A DNA stretch of 64,000 bases, taken from assembly GCF_963921235.1 (NCBI RefSeq), contig NC_086108.1, forward strand, positions 19,902,001 through 19,966,000, given 5' to 3'. The first letter of the stretch is position 1, and the number at the start of each line of letters is the position of its first letter. Below, one piece after another: positions 14,174 through 26,899 of this stretch. The notes beneath the pieces are model-generated. The model made no database searches and had not been told where the DNA came from. It worked only from the letters and a program-made list of their open reading frames with translations. This DNA comes from Mobula hypostoma. Lineage: Eukaryota. The position numbers and the translations under genes were made by a program.

Positions 14174-14749
14174 TATCTAAATAATAATAATTAAATACGC
14201 AGTGCTGTTATCCATGGAAATAAAATAAATATTTACATCAAGAAGTACCACTCAGCTCAAGAGGAATGCTGACTGCTAAACTAATTCCACTGTTTGATTC
14301 TTTTACTATAGTTAATTCTCTTCACTTTCATCTGATACTCAGTCAGATGTCAGGAAAGACTAAACGGACAATGTTTTGACTTATTGTCAAATGTTATGAG
14401 TTCAACTCTTAAACCTACACCACTAATAAGGGAATGCTACACTATTGGAAGTACCTATTTTTGGATAAGTCATTAAACCAAAATACTACCTGCATTTTGA
14501 GGGGAAAAAATATCAGGATTATCTTTTGCCATTAGTTTATAACACAATTATAATAATTGCTGTTAATAGAAGTGGCTTTGTGGAAAATGGTTTCAGAATC
14601 AGAGTAAGTCAGCACAGAAACGGGCCCCTTGGCCCAACATTTCTTTACCGATCAAGGTATCTAATCAAGTTAGAGCCATTTGTCTGCATTTGACAAATAT
14701 ATTACTTTTACTGCAGAAATACTAACACACAAAGGATTCAAAACATGGC

Positions 14750-16420
14750 TGAACACAGAAGATTCTGCAGGTATTGGAAATTTTGAGCAAAAGAAACAAA
14801 ATGCTGAAGGAATTCTGCAAGTCAGGCAGCATCTAAGGAGGGGAATAAACCATCAACATTTCAGGCTGAGATTCTTCATCATGACTGGAAGGGAAGGGGA
14901 AGAGGCCAAAATAAGAAGGGGTGGGGAGAGGAGTACATGTTGGAGGTGCGAAGTCCCGTAGAGAGCAATCCCTACAGAAAGTGGAGAGGAGGTGGGGAGG
15001 GAAGGATGTGCTTAGTGGTAGGATCCCATTGAAGATGCCAGGTTAAAAAGAATAATGTGCTGCTGGGCCCTATCCCTGTTTTAATGGCAGGAGGATGTGT
15101 GGGAAATGGAGATATGGATGAGAGCAGCATTTGTGGTGGGAGGGAAACCCCATTCTTTGGGGAAGAAAAGAGGACATCTCAGATGTTCTAGAATAGAAAG
15201 GTTCACACTGAGAACAGGTGTAATGAAATTGGAGGAACTGAGAGAAGGGAATAGCATTTTTTTTTTACAAATGACAGGGTGGGAAGGGTACAGTCATAAT
15301 AACTGTGAGAGATGGTAGGTTTTTAAAAGATGTCTGTGGATAGTCTGTCTCCAGAGTTGAAGACAAAGAGATCAAGAAGGAGGAGAGAAGTATCAGAGAT
15401 GGACCAAGTAAATTTTAGGGCAGGTTGGAAGCTGGAGGCAATTCGATGAAATTGACGAGCTCAGTAAGCGTGCAGGCAGGGTGGAGGAAAAGCAGTCAAT
15501 AGAAAAATTAGTTGACAAGAAGGCACAGATAGCTAGTGTCCATCGTTGCAAGTTTTGTTTGGAGAAAGTGGAGGGAAGAAAGATTGTTGAGGATGAGGAC
15601 CAATTGCAAGAGACCGAGAAGGATGGTGGTGGAAGGGAACTGGTTAAGTCTTTGGTCAAGAAAGTTTTCAGGCCTTCCTGGTGGGAGATCGAAGTGTATA
15701 GGGGCTGGACATCTATAGAGGAAATAAGGCAATCCAGGCCAGGGAACTGAAAGTTACTGGAGTGAAGGACAGCATGTGAAGTGTCATGGATGCAAGTAGA
15801 AAAGGACTGAACCAATGGTGTTGAGGTATGCAGGCATGAGTTCAGTGGGGCAGGAGCAAGCAGAAACAATGGGCCTATCAGGACAGTTATGTTTGTGGCT
15901 CTTGGGTAGGAAGCAGAAATGAGTAGTAGACTTGCAGAGTTCATCCAACATTTTGTGCGTGTTGCAAAACATAATTGAGCCTGGTTCAAGTGAGATTCAA
16001 CTGGAGCTGGAAGGAAGGAAGTTGATATAAAAGCAAATATGACACATGCTTCAAAGCACAGAGATTCAAGTTACTTGATATTGTTTGACGATTTGGGGGT
16101 GCTGGCATCACTAGGTTGGTAAGAAGTGAGGCAGCAAGATATTCTAAAACTTGTGGAGACATATGATTCCACAAGTATCTCATAGGGTTGCACAATGAGC
16201 TCTGATGAGTAGGAGAATAGTTATTACCTAAGATGGAAGAGCAAATAGAGGTGCTATGGCTGAAGGAGGGGAGGGGAAGATGTTACTGGTGGTTGCATTA
16301 CAGTGAAGATGTCAGGGATTATGGACAATGATCTGTTGAATGTGGAGCTTGTGGAGTGGATCTGAAGACAAGAGGATCCTTGAAATGGAGGGGTTTGAGA
16401 GGGGATGAAGCCAATGCGTA
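14750..16420 (-). mobile_element. Degraded Penelope-like retroelement (RT and 3' remnants plus terminal repeat)
   Basis: LPKSHKHNCPDRPIVSACSCPTEL and SIDVQPLYTSISHQEGLK are Penelope RT motifs. Terminal repeat at ~14750-14890. Confidence 0.78.
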
Positions 16421-17134
16421 GGAAATAAGAAAATGTTTTAAACTATTGTGAATAGGAATATTGGCTGTGATATTTGGAAAGGTATCCTTATGTAGTGCAT
16501 AATGCTCAAGAGGAAGAGGACTGTATTTGAATATGCAGTTCAGTGAGTCCTACAATTGTTGGAGGTGCGGTGGTGATACGGAATAAGACGTGCTTTCTTC
16601 GGTAAATCCAGAAATGTATGCTGCATTGCCGTTTGTTGAGCCTCTGGGAGAGATTTTGAAAACTAGTTAATCAGTTAAACCTATAAATTACTAAAAGTTG
16701 TCAATGCTTCACTCTTATTTCTGTTAAATTAAAAGAACAATCTCAAATAAACAGGCACAATTTATTTCACTCCCCTCCTCCCATACACTGCTCTGCACAC
16801 TGCATACAGTACGAAGAGGAAGAAATGGTGGCTATACATTAAGCAATGACAAATTAGGGCTGAGCAATACACGCTGCTCCTGCCACCAGCTCCAACCCAC
16901 AATGAATAAATTAAAAATGCTCCCGAGAAGCCCTCCGGAATGTTTCGATGCTTAAAAGTATTATATCAAGAAAAATGCTCTATTATTCAATGTGGTAAGG
17001 CATTCACTCCTACTACCAGCAAAGCACACTACTCCTTGCTCCTCAATAAATGGAAATATCCTTACATTGTCTTTCCAAATCAAAGCAAACCTAACTTGAC
17101 CCGCAATTTAATTTTCTCCTTTTCTAGATCTCAC

Positions 17135-17235
17135 CAACTGACTTTTGGTGGCAGTATCGAGGTCACAACTACGCACTACCACATCTTTGGCGTCCGTGTT
17201 CTGATCTACCGTCCTCCCAAGCACCTGCCACAACC
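17135..17235 (-). other. ANKRD45: Probable non-coding first exon of ANKRD45
   Basis: Non-repetitive, CpG-containing segment with a minus-strand donor TTG|GTGAGA at 17134, next to X-box and CCAAT motifs. The TSS is not directly visible. Confidence 0.5.
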
Positions 17236-17325
17236 GTCTCCATAGCAACCGTACTCTCTGTGTAACACAAATAAAGATCCGTCCGCCTAAAACAGGAGCG
17301 GCACCAATTAAGATCTGGTACCAAT
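17236..17325. promoter_or_regulatory. ANKRD45 proximal promoter: RFX X-box (GTCTCCATAGCAAC, 17236-17249) and two CCAAT boxes (17304, 17321)
   Basis: Matches the X-box consensus GTNNCCATRGNAAC, located just upstream of the putative first exon. Confidence 0.65.
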
Positions 17326-17416
17326 GGGAGGGAGGGGAAAAACAGCCTCTATGATTCCAGCGTGTGATTTGATGCCAGTGGAAAGGTCGCGGTGTCCGGG
17401 GTAAATAACTCAAACC

Positions 17417-17750
17417 ACAGGTCTGCTGAAGGGTCTCAGACCTGAAATGTTAATCCTGTCTGTACAGATATTGGCTGACTTGCTGAGAGTTCCCAGCCTT
17501 TAATTTCAGATTTCCAGTATCTGCAGTTTAGACCTTCTTATGAGGGCAGTTGACCCATAGTAGCCAACAACCTCGTTTTGAGAAAGGTCAAAAGCCTGTC
17601 TCAAAAGTAAAATCTACACAGAAGGCCGTAAAAATGCATGCTGTACATACTCAGCAGGTCAGCCAACATCTGTGAAGAATGCATCTGAATTACCGTTTCG
17701 ATTCAATGACCTACCGTTTTCATTTCAGAAATTCAACATCTACATACATT
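17417..17750. repeat. Two Penelope terminal-repeat remnants between the two promoters
   Basis: ctgctgaagggtctcagacctgaaatgtt...cagatttccagtatctgcag, followed by an oppositely oriented ctcagcaggtcagccaacatc copy. Confidence 0.7.
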
Positions 17751-17769
17751 TCTCTAAGCATAACTTACC

Positions 17770-18400
17770 GTTAGAGTCGGAGAATACAGCAAAGAAACAG
17801 GCCCATCTGGTCTATGCCGAAACTATTTAAGCTGCCTATCGACCTGCACCGGGAACGTTGTCCTCCATTGTCCTAACTTCCAAACTTCTCTTAAACGTTG
17901 AAATCGAATTCGCATGCACCACTTGTGCTGGCAGCTCATTCCACACTCTTGAGAGTGAAGAAGTTTCCCCTCGTGTTCCCCTTAAACTTACCCTTCACCG
18001 ACAACCTCTGGTTGTAGTCCCACCCAACCTCAGTGGAAAAAGTCTGCTTGCATTTAGCCTATCTATACCCCTCATAATTTTGTATACCTCTTTCAAATCT
18101 CCTCTCATCTTCTGCGTTCTAAAGAATACAGTGCTAACCTGTTCAATCTTTCCTTATAGCTCTGATCTCCCAGACCCGGCAACACCTTTGCAAATTTTCT
18201 CTGCACTCTTTCAACCTTATTTACATTTTTCCTGCCGTTAGGTGACCAAAACTGCACACAATACTCCAAATTAGGCCTCACAAATGTCTTACACAACTTC
18301 TACATAACATCCCGTCTCCTGCACTCAAAACATTAATTTATGAAAGCCAATGGGCCAAAAGCTTTCTCTACGGCCCTATCTATTTGTGATGTCACTTTCA
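17770..18400 (-). mobile_element. CR1 3' fragment
   Basis: VRPNLEYCVQFWSP...ERLNRLALYSLERRR; similar to the CR1 at 680-2992. Confidence 0.88.
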
Positions 18401-18719
18401 ATATCGACAGTAATGCATATTAATAAAGAAATTGCATTTTGTCACCTTTTAATGTAATAAAACAGCACCCCAGAGTTAGCTGATACACATCGAAATAAAA
18501 TTTAAAAAAACATACAAAGCTAATGCGGGAGATCATGATGGGGTTAAGAATGGAAGAGTTTGGTCAGAAGGGGAATGTTATAATAGGAATAAGGATGTGC
18601 CTTCAAAGGAAAGCACTGTTGCCAGGAAACAGGGCGAGGAGGGTAAACCCAAGATCAGCTTATTTGAGGAGAAGGAAGTATTTTCTATCTCTGAGGTACC
18701 ACCTGCACCCATCCATCCC

Positions 18720-19166
18720 ATCCGTGCCAAATTCGGCTCGTACTTGAGCGCCTCCTCTCCGCGCTTGCGCGGCTGTCCCTGCCCTGTCAGCGGGTGGCAG
18801 TTGCCGCGCAGGCGCTGAATGGGCGCAGCCGCCTTCCAGAAACAAGCCGAGGACGCGCTGCCAGCTCGGTCGTGTGATGGCCTCTTCCTTGATTTTGAAA
18901 TGCTGCGCGGCTGCTGGTTATTTTTAACTTTTGAGGCCACTTGTCGCTTGTACCGTACCTGGGGCACTGCAGACTTTCGGCCTTTCTTCAACTGGCGTGG
19001 TCGGTTCATGTGAATGCAATTTTTGAGCCACTTGGCTGCTTTGGTAGGGAAGATATTAGCGGCTGCATCATCTTCTACTTTCCGAAGGTGCGCAGTGCAG
19101 CTGCGCAGTTGGCGAGTGACTGGAGAAACTGTGTGGATCAATAAACTAAAAGCAAAGAAAGAACAG
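18720..19166 (+). promoter_or_regulatory. KLHL20: KLHL20 CpG-rich promoter and probable non-coding exon 1 (donor CAG|GTATTT at 19167)
   Basis: Strongest non-repeat GC/CpG-rich block in the window, with NRF1-like GCGCTTGCGC (18761) and GCGCAGGCGC (18806). It is divergent from ANKRD45, as in the conserved gene pair. Confidence 0.65.
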
Positions 19167-21379
19167 GTATTTATTTATTGTCCAGTGACAGAAGCTTTAC
19201 AGCATCAAGCTTAAAGAAGGTATTTTAAAATCAATGACAATGCCAGCCCATCTATAACATCAAGGGACCCACAACCTACTTAAGTTGTGTGGAGACATTA
19301 AAAATGGGCATTGATCAGCTGAGTCCCAGGTATTGAATTGGACGTGTTATTCATACTCGTGTTCTCTCTCTGCTTGTCGGACATGTGCGGCATGGAATTT
19401 TGTCAACCACAGTCAACTGTATGAATGCATCAGCAGTTACTTTTGTTGCCCAAAACTATACGAACAGCAGTTTAATGCTATTTGTTGATTTTACTCCGGG
19501 TAAATGAGAAAAATATATTTCAATATAAGTTTTTGTATTATTCTGATACTAATTAATAGATGTCTTTTAAGTTAAAGAAATCTGAAGAAAAGCTACTTGA
19601 CAATACAAACACCAGGAAGATCAGAATGATTTCAAAGTTGCTAAATCACTTCGTATTTTTAAAACTTTTTTTTAGTTGTGGTCGCTTTGTTTTTCTAGGC
19701 ATCATCTTAGTGTCAGTGTCTCGACTGGCGATAGTGTCAGTCCCGACCCCCAACGAATTAGGGTTGTAATTTTCTTTCCTTGCACCAAAATACTTCAGTT
19801 CAAAACATTTCACCGGTGCTGTAGGTGACTCCTCTTCTAACCAATTATACCTTTTTTTGTGAGCTGATTAGTGCTGTTGTATTTTGTGTAATATAATGCA
19901 TATTGTCCAGAGAAATAGGAAGTGGCAAAATGTATGTTGCATGATCATCCTATTGTCTTGTTTCTAATGACCTTCTGGGGGGAGGGGTCATTGATATTAT
20001 AAAGTTAATACTGTACTGTAATCAGGGTGCAGAAATACAGAATGAAGCTGTAATTACTTGAGTACCAATACATTGACATTTTGTTGTGTGAAGAATGGAT
20101 ATTATTTACATGTACATTTGTGTCTGGTTTCAAATGGCACAGTTATTCGTGGACATTGATAACAAATAGCTTGGATCACTGTTATGAAACTTGCAGCAAC
20201 TATCAGGATTGGCACTATTAGTTACCATCCTTACTGATTGCCAGTGTTTCCTGACCACCTCATTGCTTTTTTGCTGAGTGACTTATTGGAGATGTTTTCT
20301 GACTTCATAGCAGAATCACTGAATAATTAGGGCATATGCTTGGTTTCAAAATAATATCTTGGATGTCTGCTTGATATGTGGTAATTAAAGGTTTGGACCA
20401 AGTGTTGTGAAGTGGGATTAGGTTGGATCTGCTGTGGACACAATTGGCCAAATGATCCCCTGTACCATGGATTTTCATCTTCCTTCAGATTTCTCCTTTT
20501 CTGATGATTTGCTCAGAAATTTGTTTTAAATTGAACTTGAATTGTTTTGCATCTGTTGAAAAGTTGTCACTATCATTAAAGATTTTTGGGAATGTTTCTT
20601 AATTATACTGTTGTGGATTTTATTCATAAATTTCTAAATTGTGAAGCAGTCTTTGTTTGAATATGGTAGGAACTAGACATTTAACTTATTTAAGCTGAGT
20701 AAGATTCTTGAAGTTATCAGTGAACATCTCCTTTCTCAAAATAAGGGCTGCATTTTCTGGACTGACAAGAATCTCGGAATACTCAGTCTAACAGATTGCA
20801 AAGATTTGGTCTTTGAGCATTTGAAGGCAAAGCCCGAGAGTTTTGTATATTAACAAAATCAAGTAGAGTGTGATTTGGGCAGCAAAGAGATTCTGGGTTA
20901 GAATCAGCTGTAATTTTACTGAATGCTAGAGCAGGTATGTGGGGGCAAACAACCATTTCTTCCTTCTATTTCCTATAGACAATCAAATCATTTGTATTGA
21001 CTTTCCCTTCTTGAGTCATTTTCCAATATTTGCTAGCTCAATAATTTTTCGGTTCGGGTATAGTTTATGGGTTTCTGTAATGTAGGGTAACATTCTAAAG
21101 TGTTTAAATACATTAATACATTTTTAACTGAAAAATTACAGTGATCATGTACTATTTTAAAGTTATATTAAGAAATAGTGATATCATTAAAGAGTTTAGC
21201 TGCTTTAGAATTCTGGTTCTGAAAGTCATAACTTGGTGAAATCCATCAACATTTCTAAAAGAAGTACAAGATCTCTGTGTGTAAGTGAGGACTCTAATTA
21301 ACTAATTTTAGTTACTTTAAAAATTGTGACTTTTTAATTTAATTTTTATTTAAAATGAGAATGTGAAAGCAAGTGGTTA

Positions 21380-21735
21380 AAGGCCTTGATAGAGTGGATG
21401 TGGAGAGGATGTTTCCTTTGGTGGGAAAGTCTAAGACCAGAGGACAGCTTTAGAATAGAGGGGCATCCTTTTAGAATGGAGATGAGGAGGAATTTATTTA
21501 GCTCAAGAGCGGTGAATCTGTGTAATTCTTTGCCACAGGCCAGTCTTACGTATATTTAAGGCAGAGGTTGATAGATTCTTGATTGGTTAAAGCAAGAAGG
21601 AATATGGGGAGAAGGAATGAGATTTGGGCTGAAAGGAAAAATAAGTCAGCCATGATGAAATGACGGAGCAGACTTGATAGGCCAAATGCAAGTAGCCTAA
21701 TTCTGCTCTTATATCCTATGGTTTTATGGATTCCT
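21380..21735 (+). mobile_element. CR1 3' end fragment
   Basis: gatagagtggatgtggagaggatgtttcc...gtgaatctgtg..attctttgccacag, then 3' UTR and tail. Confidence 0.82.
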
Positions 21736-22739
21736 TGGTGGTGTTGAGTTACCCAAGTGTTGGTTGAAGTATACAATGAAATTGAGAATTGGTTAGTTAA
21801 TTTAGAAGACTGAGTTATTGTCTCAAAAGATTTATATTTCCATTTTGGAAGTTACCAGAACAGCAAATGTGTTGCTAATGAAGCAGCATTGCTTATGCAG
21901 TGCAATGGAACAACAGTCTTGTTTCTATCACTTGCTTTTTCATAAATAGAAAATATTTTAAAGATTCTATTGACTGTACGGAAGGAAAGCAGATGAGTTG
22001 AGTATTTAAAATGTATTAGTACATCTCTGAAATCTGAAACATTGCATATGTGAAACAAGAAGCAAGTAGAAATTGTATATATTGAATTAGATTTTTCTTA
22101 AAATAAATCTTTTTGAAAGCCCTTTGTACCCTTGTTTTTGAGCCAGTGTTGATGCTGCTGTTAGTCTATGTTCTGGGAAGTAAATACAAACATAAAATGT
22201 TGGAAGCAATCAACAATTCAGCCATCATCTGTGGAAAGAAATCTGCTGAGTATTTCCAATATTTTGCCTAGTATTCAGTTTGTAGCATCAAATGTTTTTT
22301 GATTGATGAAAAACAAGGTCAGCAGCCACTTAAAGTTTCTTAATTTCTCTAGGTCAGAGGAGAGAATGAGTGGAAAGAATGTGTGTACTTTTGAGTTCAA
22401 AATAATTTGAGATGATCTTCATACTTTAATATATTTTTAAATGTTTTGGCTGACGTAGGATTGATCAGCTGGAATAGTGGTACTGTAGCATGAGAGAGAG
22501 CTGAAACCAGGCAATGTTGTCTCAGGCTAAAGATTTACTAATTAGGACTGTGATGAAAGGAAATCCCTTCACTTAAATGGTTGGATCTTTGGAATTCATC
22601 TCCCCAAAGAATTGAGTATCTTTACTGTTGAGACAAATGGATTTTCAATGGTAGCACAGGAGAAGATTGATACAAAAGATCAGCCATGTCTTTTTTGGAG
22701 GTTAGACCTTAATATTTCCAGCATTTTCTTATTTAGATT

Positions 22740-25700
22740 TCCACTGGCTGCGGTTATAACTAATAATCAAAAATTTCCTTACTTTAGATTATACAGAGAT
22801 ACTCGGCAGGGATATCTTCTTATCCCTTTATTATTTAACTTGTCTTTAGAGCCCCTTGCTATTGCTCTTAGAGATTCCAATACTGTTCAGGGTATTAAGA
22901 GAGGGGACAAAGTACACAAGGTTTCATTGTATGCAGATGACCTGTTAGTTTACATTTCAGATCCTAGGAAATCTATTCCTTCTATGCTATCTATATTTTC
23001 TGAATTTAGTTGTTTTTCTGGATATAAATTAAATTTACATAAAAGTGAGTTATTTCCCATTAATAATTACTCAGATCAGTATCATCAAGTACCTTTTAGT
23101 ATTGCTAAAATTACTATATTTATCTTGGTATTAAAATTACTAAAAATTTTAAGGACCTGTATAAATATAATTTTCTCCCATTAATTGATTACACCCAACA
23201 AATGCTTTCTAAATGGTCACCTATGACATTATCATTAATAGGTCGAATTAATGCTATTAAAATGGTAGTTCTACCAAAATTCTTATATATACATTTCAGG
23301 CAGTTCCTACCTTTGTTTCTTGATAGAATAGATTCTATAATCTTATCTTATATTTGGAATAATAAAAATCCTAGATTGAATAAACCTTTAGTACAGAAAT
23401 TAAAAAAGGATGGTGGTATGGCTTTGCCAAATTTTAGAATGTATTATTGCGCAATTAATATTCGATATATTACTTTTTGAATTCATTACTCAGACATACA
23501 TGAATGTCCTTCATGGTTGGATTTGGAGGAAAACTTGGTGAAGGGGTTCTCTTTGGCCTCTTTACTGGGAGCTCCTCTTCCCTTTTTGTTTTCTAAGATT
23601 AGTAGTCAAGACTTTAATCCTATTATTAAACATACTTTAAGAATTTGGTTTCAGTTTTGTAGATTTTGAGTTAAATAATTCTGTTCTTTTTAGTAATAGC
23701 CATTTTAATTATTTTTTTAAACCATCAATCTTGGATAAGACCCTTTTAATTTGGAAAACCAAGGGGATAACAACTTTTTTCAGATTTGTTTTTACGGGAC
23801 TGTTTAATGTCTTTTTCTCAGTTAGTGGATAAATATAATTTACCTAATGAACATTTCTTTAGATATTTACAAATTAGGAATTTTTTACATGATTTGCTGC
23901 CAAATTACCCTTCTGTTTATCCACCTAATATGACACATGCTCTTTTTCAGCTTAAACCACTTCAGAAAGGGTTGATAGCTATAATTTATAAACGGATATT
24001 GAATTTACAAATGATATCTAAAGATAAAATTAAATGTGCTTGGGAATTGGAAGTTCAAGAGTCATTTTCAGATAATCAGTGGAGTAAAATTCTTCATTTG
24101 GTTAATAACTCATCTACTTGTGCCCGTCATTCTTTGTACAGTTCAAGGTAGTGCATCGGGCCCATATGTCAAATGATAAACTAGCACGTATTTTTGCCAA
24201 CATCAAACCTATTTATGACAGATGTAATAGTGAGGTGGCCACTTTAACTCGTATGTTTTGGTCTTGTATAAAGCTAGACAATTTTTGGAGTGATGTTTTT
24301 AAAACATTATCAAAAGGCTTGGATCTGGACCTACAACCTAATTTACTTATGGCAATATTTGGGATTACCCCATTGAAACCAGGAAATATACATTGAGCAG
24401 AAACAGGAATGATAGCATTTTCAACTTTATTGGCTAGGAGAGCCATTTTACTGAAGTGGAAGGATTCTAATCCACCTATTGTCTTTTATTGGCTTTCCTC
24501 CATTATGTCTTGTCTAAGTTTAGAGAAAATAAGAAGTCGGACATTTGATACATCCTTTAAATCAGAGCAAATCTGGCGACCTATTATTCAGTATTTTCAT
24601 TTAATTTAATTTACTACTCTTCCAATTTTTTTTGAAGTTTTAGATTTGATCAGAAAGTTTTTTTCTTTTTTTTTTGGTTGTATCCTCAGAATGGACTGCC
24701 AGTCCCTTTTCCTTTTTTTGTATAGTGTAGTGGGGGTCTTTTTTTCCCTTCATTTAAAATTCTTTCTTTTTAAATCTTTTTATTGAGTAAGTATACAAAA
24801 AAGGTAAGCCATATAAACATTAATACAATGTTAAAGTATAATAAAATTCCAAAAGATATCGATACCAAAAAGAAAATACTACAAACAATGTAATTTAAGC
24901 ATAAGAAACCAAGATAACATAATAGTATACTAAATTTTATATATATCAATGGAAAAAAAAAGAAAAAAAAACCCCCAAAAAAAAACCCACCGTGCAGCTA
25001 ACTAAAAGCAAAGCAAAGCAATGGGCTAACTTGAAACCAAACAGAGTTAAACTTAAAATCACGTCCTCAATCCCGACCTCCATTAAAAACAGTGAAAAAA
25101 AAACAAGAAGGGTAAATATTACATTAAATGAAAATATCGAATAAAAGGTCCCCAAATCTGTTCAAATTTAAATGAAGAATCATAAAGGTTACTTCTAATT
25201 TTCTCCAAATTCAAACATAAAATCGTCTGAGAGAACCAAAAAAAGGTAGTTGGAGCATTAAGCTCTTTCCAATGTTGTAAAATACATCTTTTCGCCATTA
25301 AAGTAAGAAATGCAATCATTCTACGGGCTGAAGGGGAAAGATTACTAGAAATTTTAGGTAGTCCAAAGATAGCAGTAATAGGGTGAGGAGAGATATCTAT
25401 ATTTAATACCTTAGAAATAATATTGAAAATATCTCTCCAAAAAGTTTCCAAAGTAGGGCAAGACCAAAACATATGAGTTAAAGAGGCTATCTGCCCCGAA
25501 CATCTATCACAGAAAGGATTAATATGCGAGTAAAAACGCGCTAACTTATCTTTGGACATATGTGCTCTATGAACCACTTTAAATTGAATTAGGGAATGTT
25601 TAGCACAAATAGAGGAAGTATTAACTAATTGTAAAATCTGCCCCCAATCATCCACAGAAATGGTAAGCCCCAAGCCCTTCATTTAAAATTCAAAGTTTTT

Positions 25701-25908
25701 TTCCTTTCCTCTTCATGAACTGATAGGAGGAGGATTGCTGTTTTCTTTTTTATTATATACTAGCTTAACACTATGTATGATTTTGATAATGTCTATTTCA
25801 ATCTCTGTTTGTATTGTTATTGAGATATATTGTTATATATATATTTGAGATAATTCTCTTGTTTGTATTTATGTTCCTTTTAAATCAATAAAAAGATTAA
25901 TAAATAAA
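22740..25908 (+). mobile_element. 5'-truncated L1-like LINE (RT C-terminal half, knuckle, 3' UTR, A-rich tail), with a second L1 nested in its 3' UTR
   Basis: KVSLYADDLL, GRINAIKM, GGMALPNF, FFRYLQIRNF and QFKVVHRAH motifs; tail caataaaaagattaataaataaa at ~25885-25908. Confidence 0.9.
24763..25674 (-). mobile_element. Young 5'-truncated L1-like insertion with a 17-bp TSD
   Basis: TSD CCCTTCATTTAAAATTC at 24746-24762 and 25675-25691. Stop-free ORF2 C-terminus with CDRC..HMFWSC; AATAAA and A-rich tail on the minus strand. Confidence 0.95.
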
Positions 25909-26899
25909 GATGACTTCCACTTTCTTCAATTTTGGGCTCTTACAATTCTTTTTCTGAACTGTGAAGGTGTTCTATTGATTAACAATTTACTGTTACAATC
26001 TGCTTTGTTATTTCATATACAGCTGAAATGATTCATGGCAGCATGTTTTTGATTGATTGCTGCCCAAAGTGGGATTTGTTTGTTAGAGTTCCCCTTTTTT
26101 AATTGATACATAGAATTTGTTTGGACTCAAAGACTTTAGTGCAAGTATAATCAGTTTGAGTCAGTTTCCACTCTGACCTTTCCATTTTCAACCTCTTACA
26201 TTATGTTCCAAAGAAGTTCGGTGAAAATACAGGGAAGAAAAAGAAACCTCATCTTTCTACTAAGCACTCTGGTCTTACCATAGGTCTTAATCAGTACTCC
26301 CACTTTATTTTTCACAACCAGCTGCTAGTAATGGAGGATGGCTGTACAGATGCATCAGCAGAGAATGAGATGGAGGCATGTTTTGGGGATATGGATCCCC
26401 TCGTGGCACATTTACAAGAGTGCTTCATTCCCTAAGACTACCTGTTCTCGATTTTTATGTCACTCTCACAGATCATGAGAGTTGTATCCAGTTTTTATCT
26501 TCAATGCTTCCTTTCTGGTTTTTACAAATAGTTTGCTTCTCCAGATCATATTTTGTTATTAAATTGAGATTTTTCTTCCCTCAAGCACAGTTGTGCTTTT
26601 CTATCTGATCCTACAATTGCTTAAAAGCTATTCAACTTATATTTTCTTACAAGAAAGAAAGAAACATTCTGGCTCAATAAGTCTGTGGACACCTCCACAC
26701 ATAAACAAGATCCGTTAATGTTATTGAATTCAAAAGTCCGACATGCATATGTTCATTTCCATGAACAGCAAGAATTGTTTCCTTCATCTGCTTTAAATAT
26801 TATGTTTTCAGTTTTATGTGCTTTTGATGCCGTGCATTGCCATATAGTAGAGGTATGGTTACCATATGGTGTGTGTTTTTTCTGTGGATGCCTAAGTGT

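Noticed and set aside
16405..16422. ATGAAGCCAATGCGTAGG (MKPMRR), resembling the human KLHL20 N-terminus
   Set aside because: It lies upstream of the KLHL20 promoter, at the edge of a Penelope remnant in an ANKRD45 intron, and has no GT donor; most likely coincidence.
18523..19214. Cluster of overlapping ORFs (up to 187 aa) as genes
   Set aside because: No recognisable domains; this is the expected stop-codon scarcity in a GC-rich promoter.
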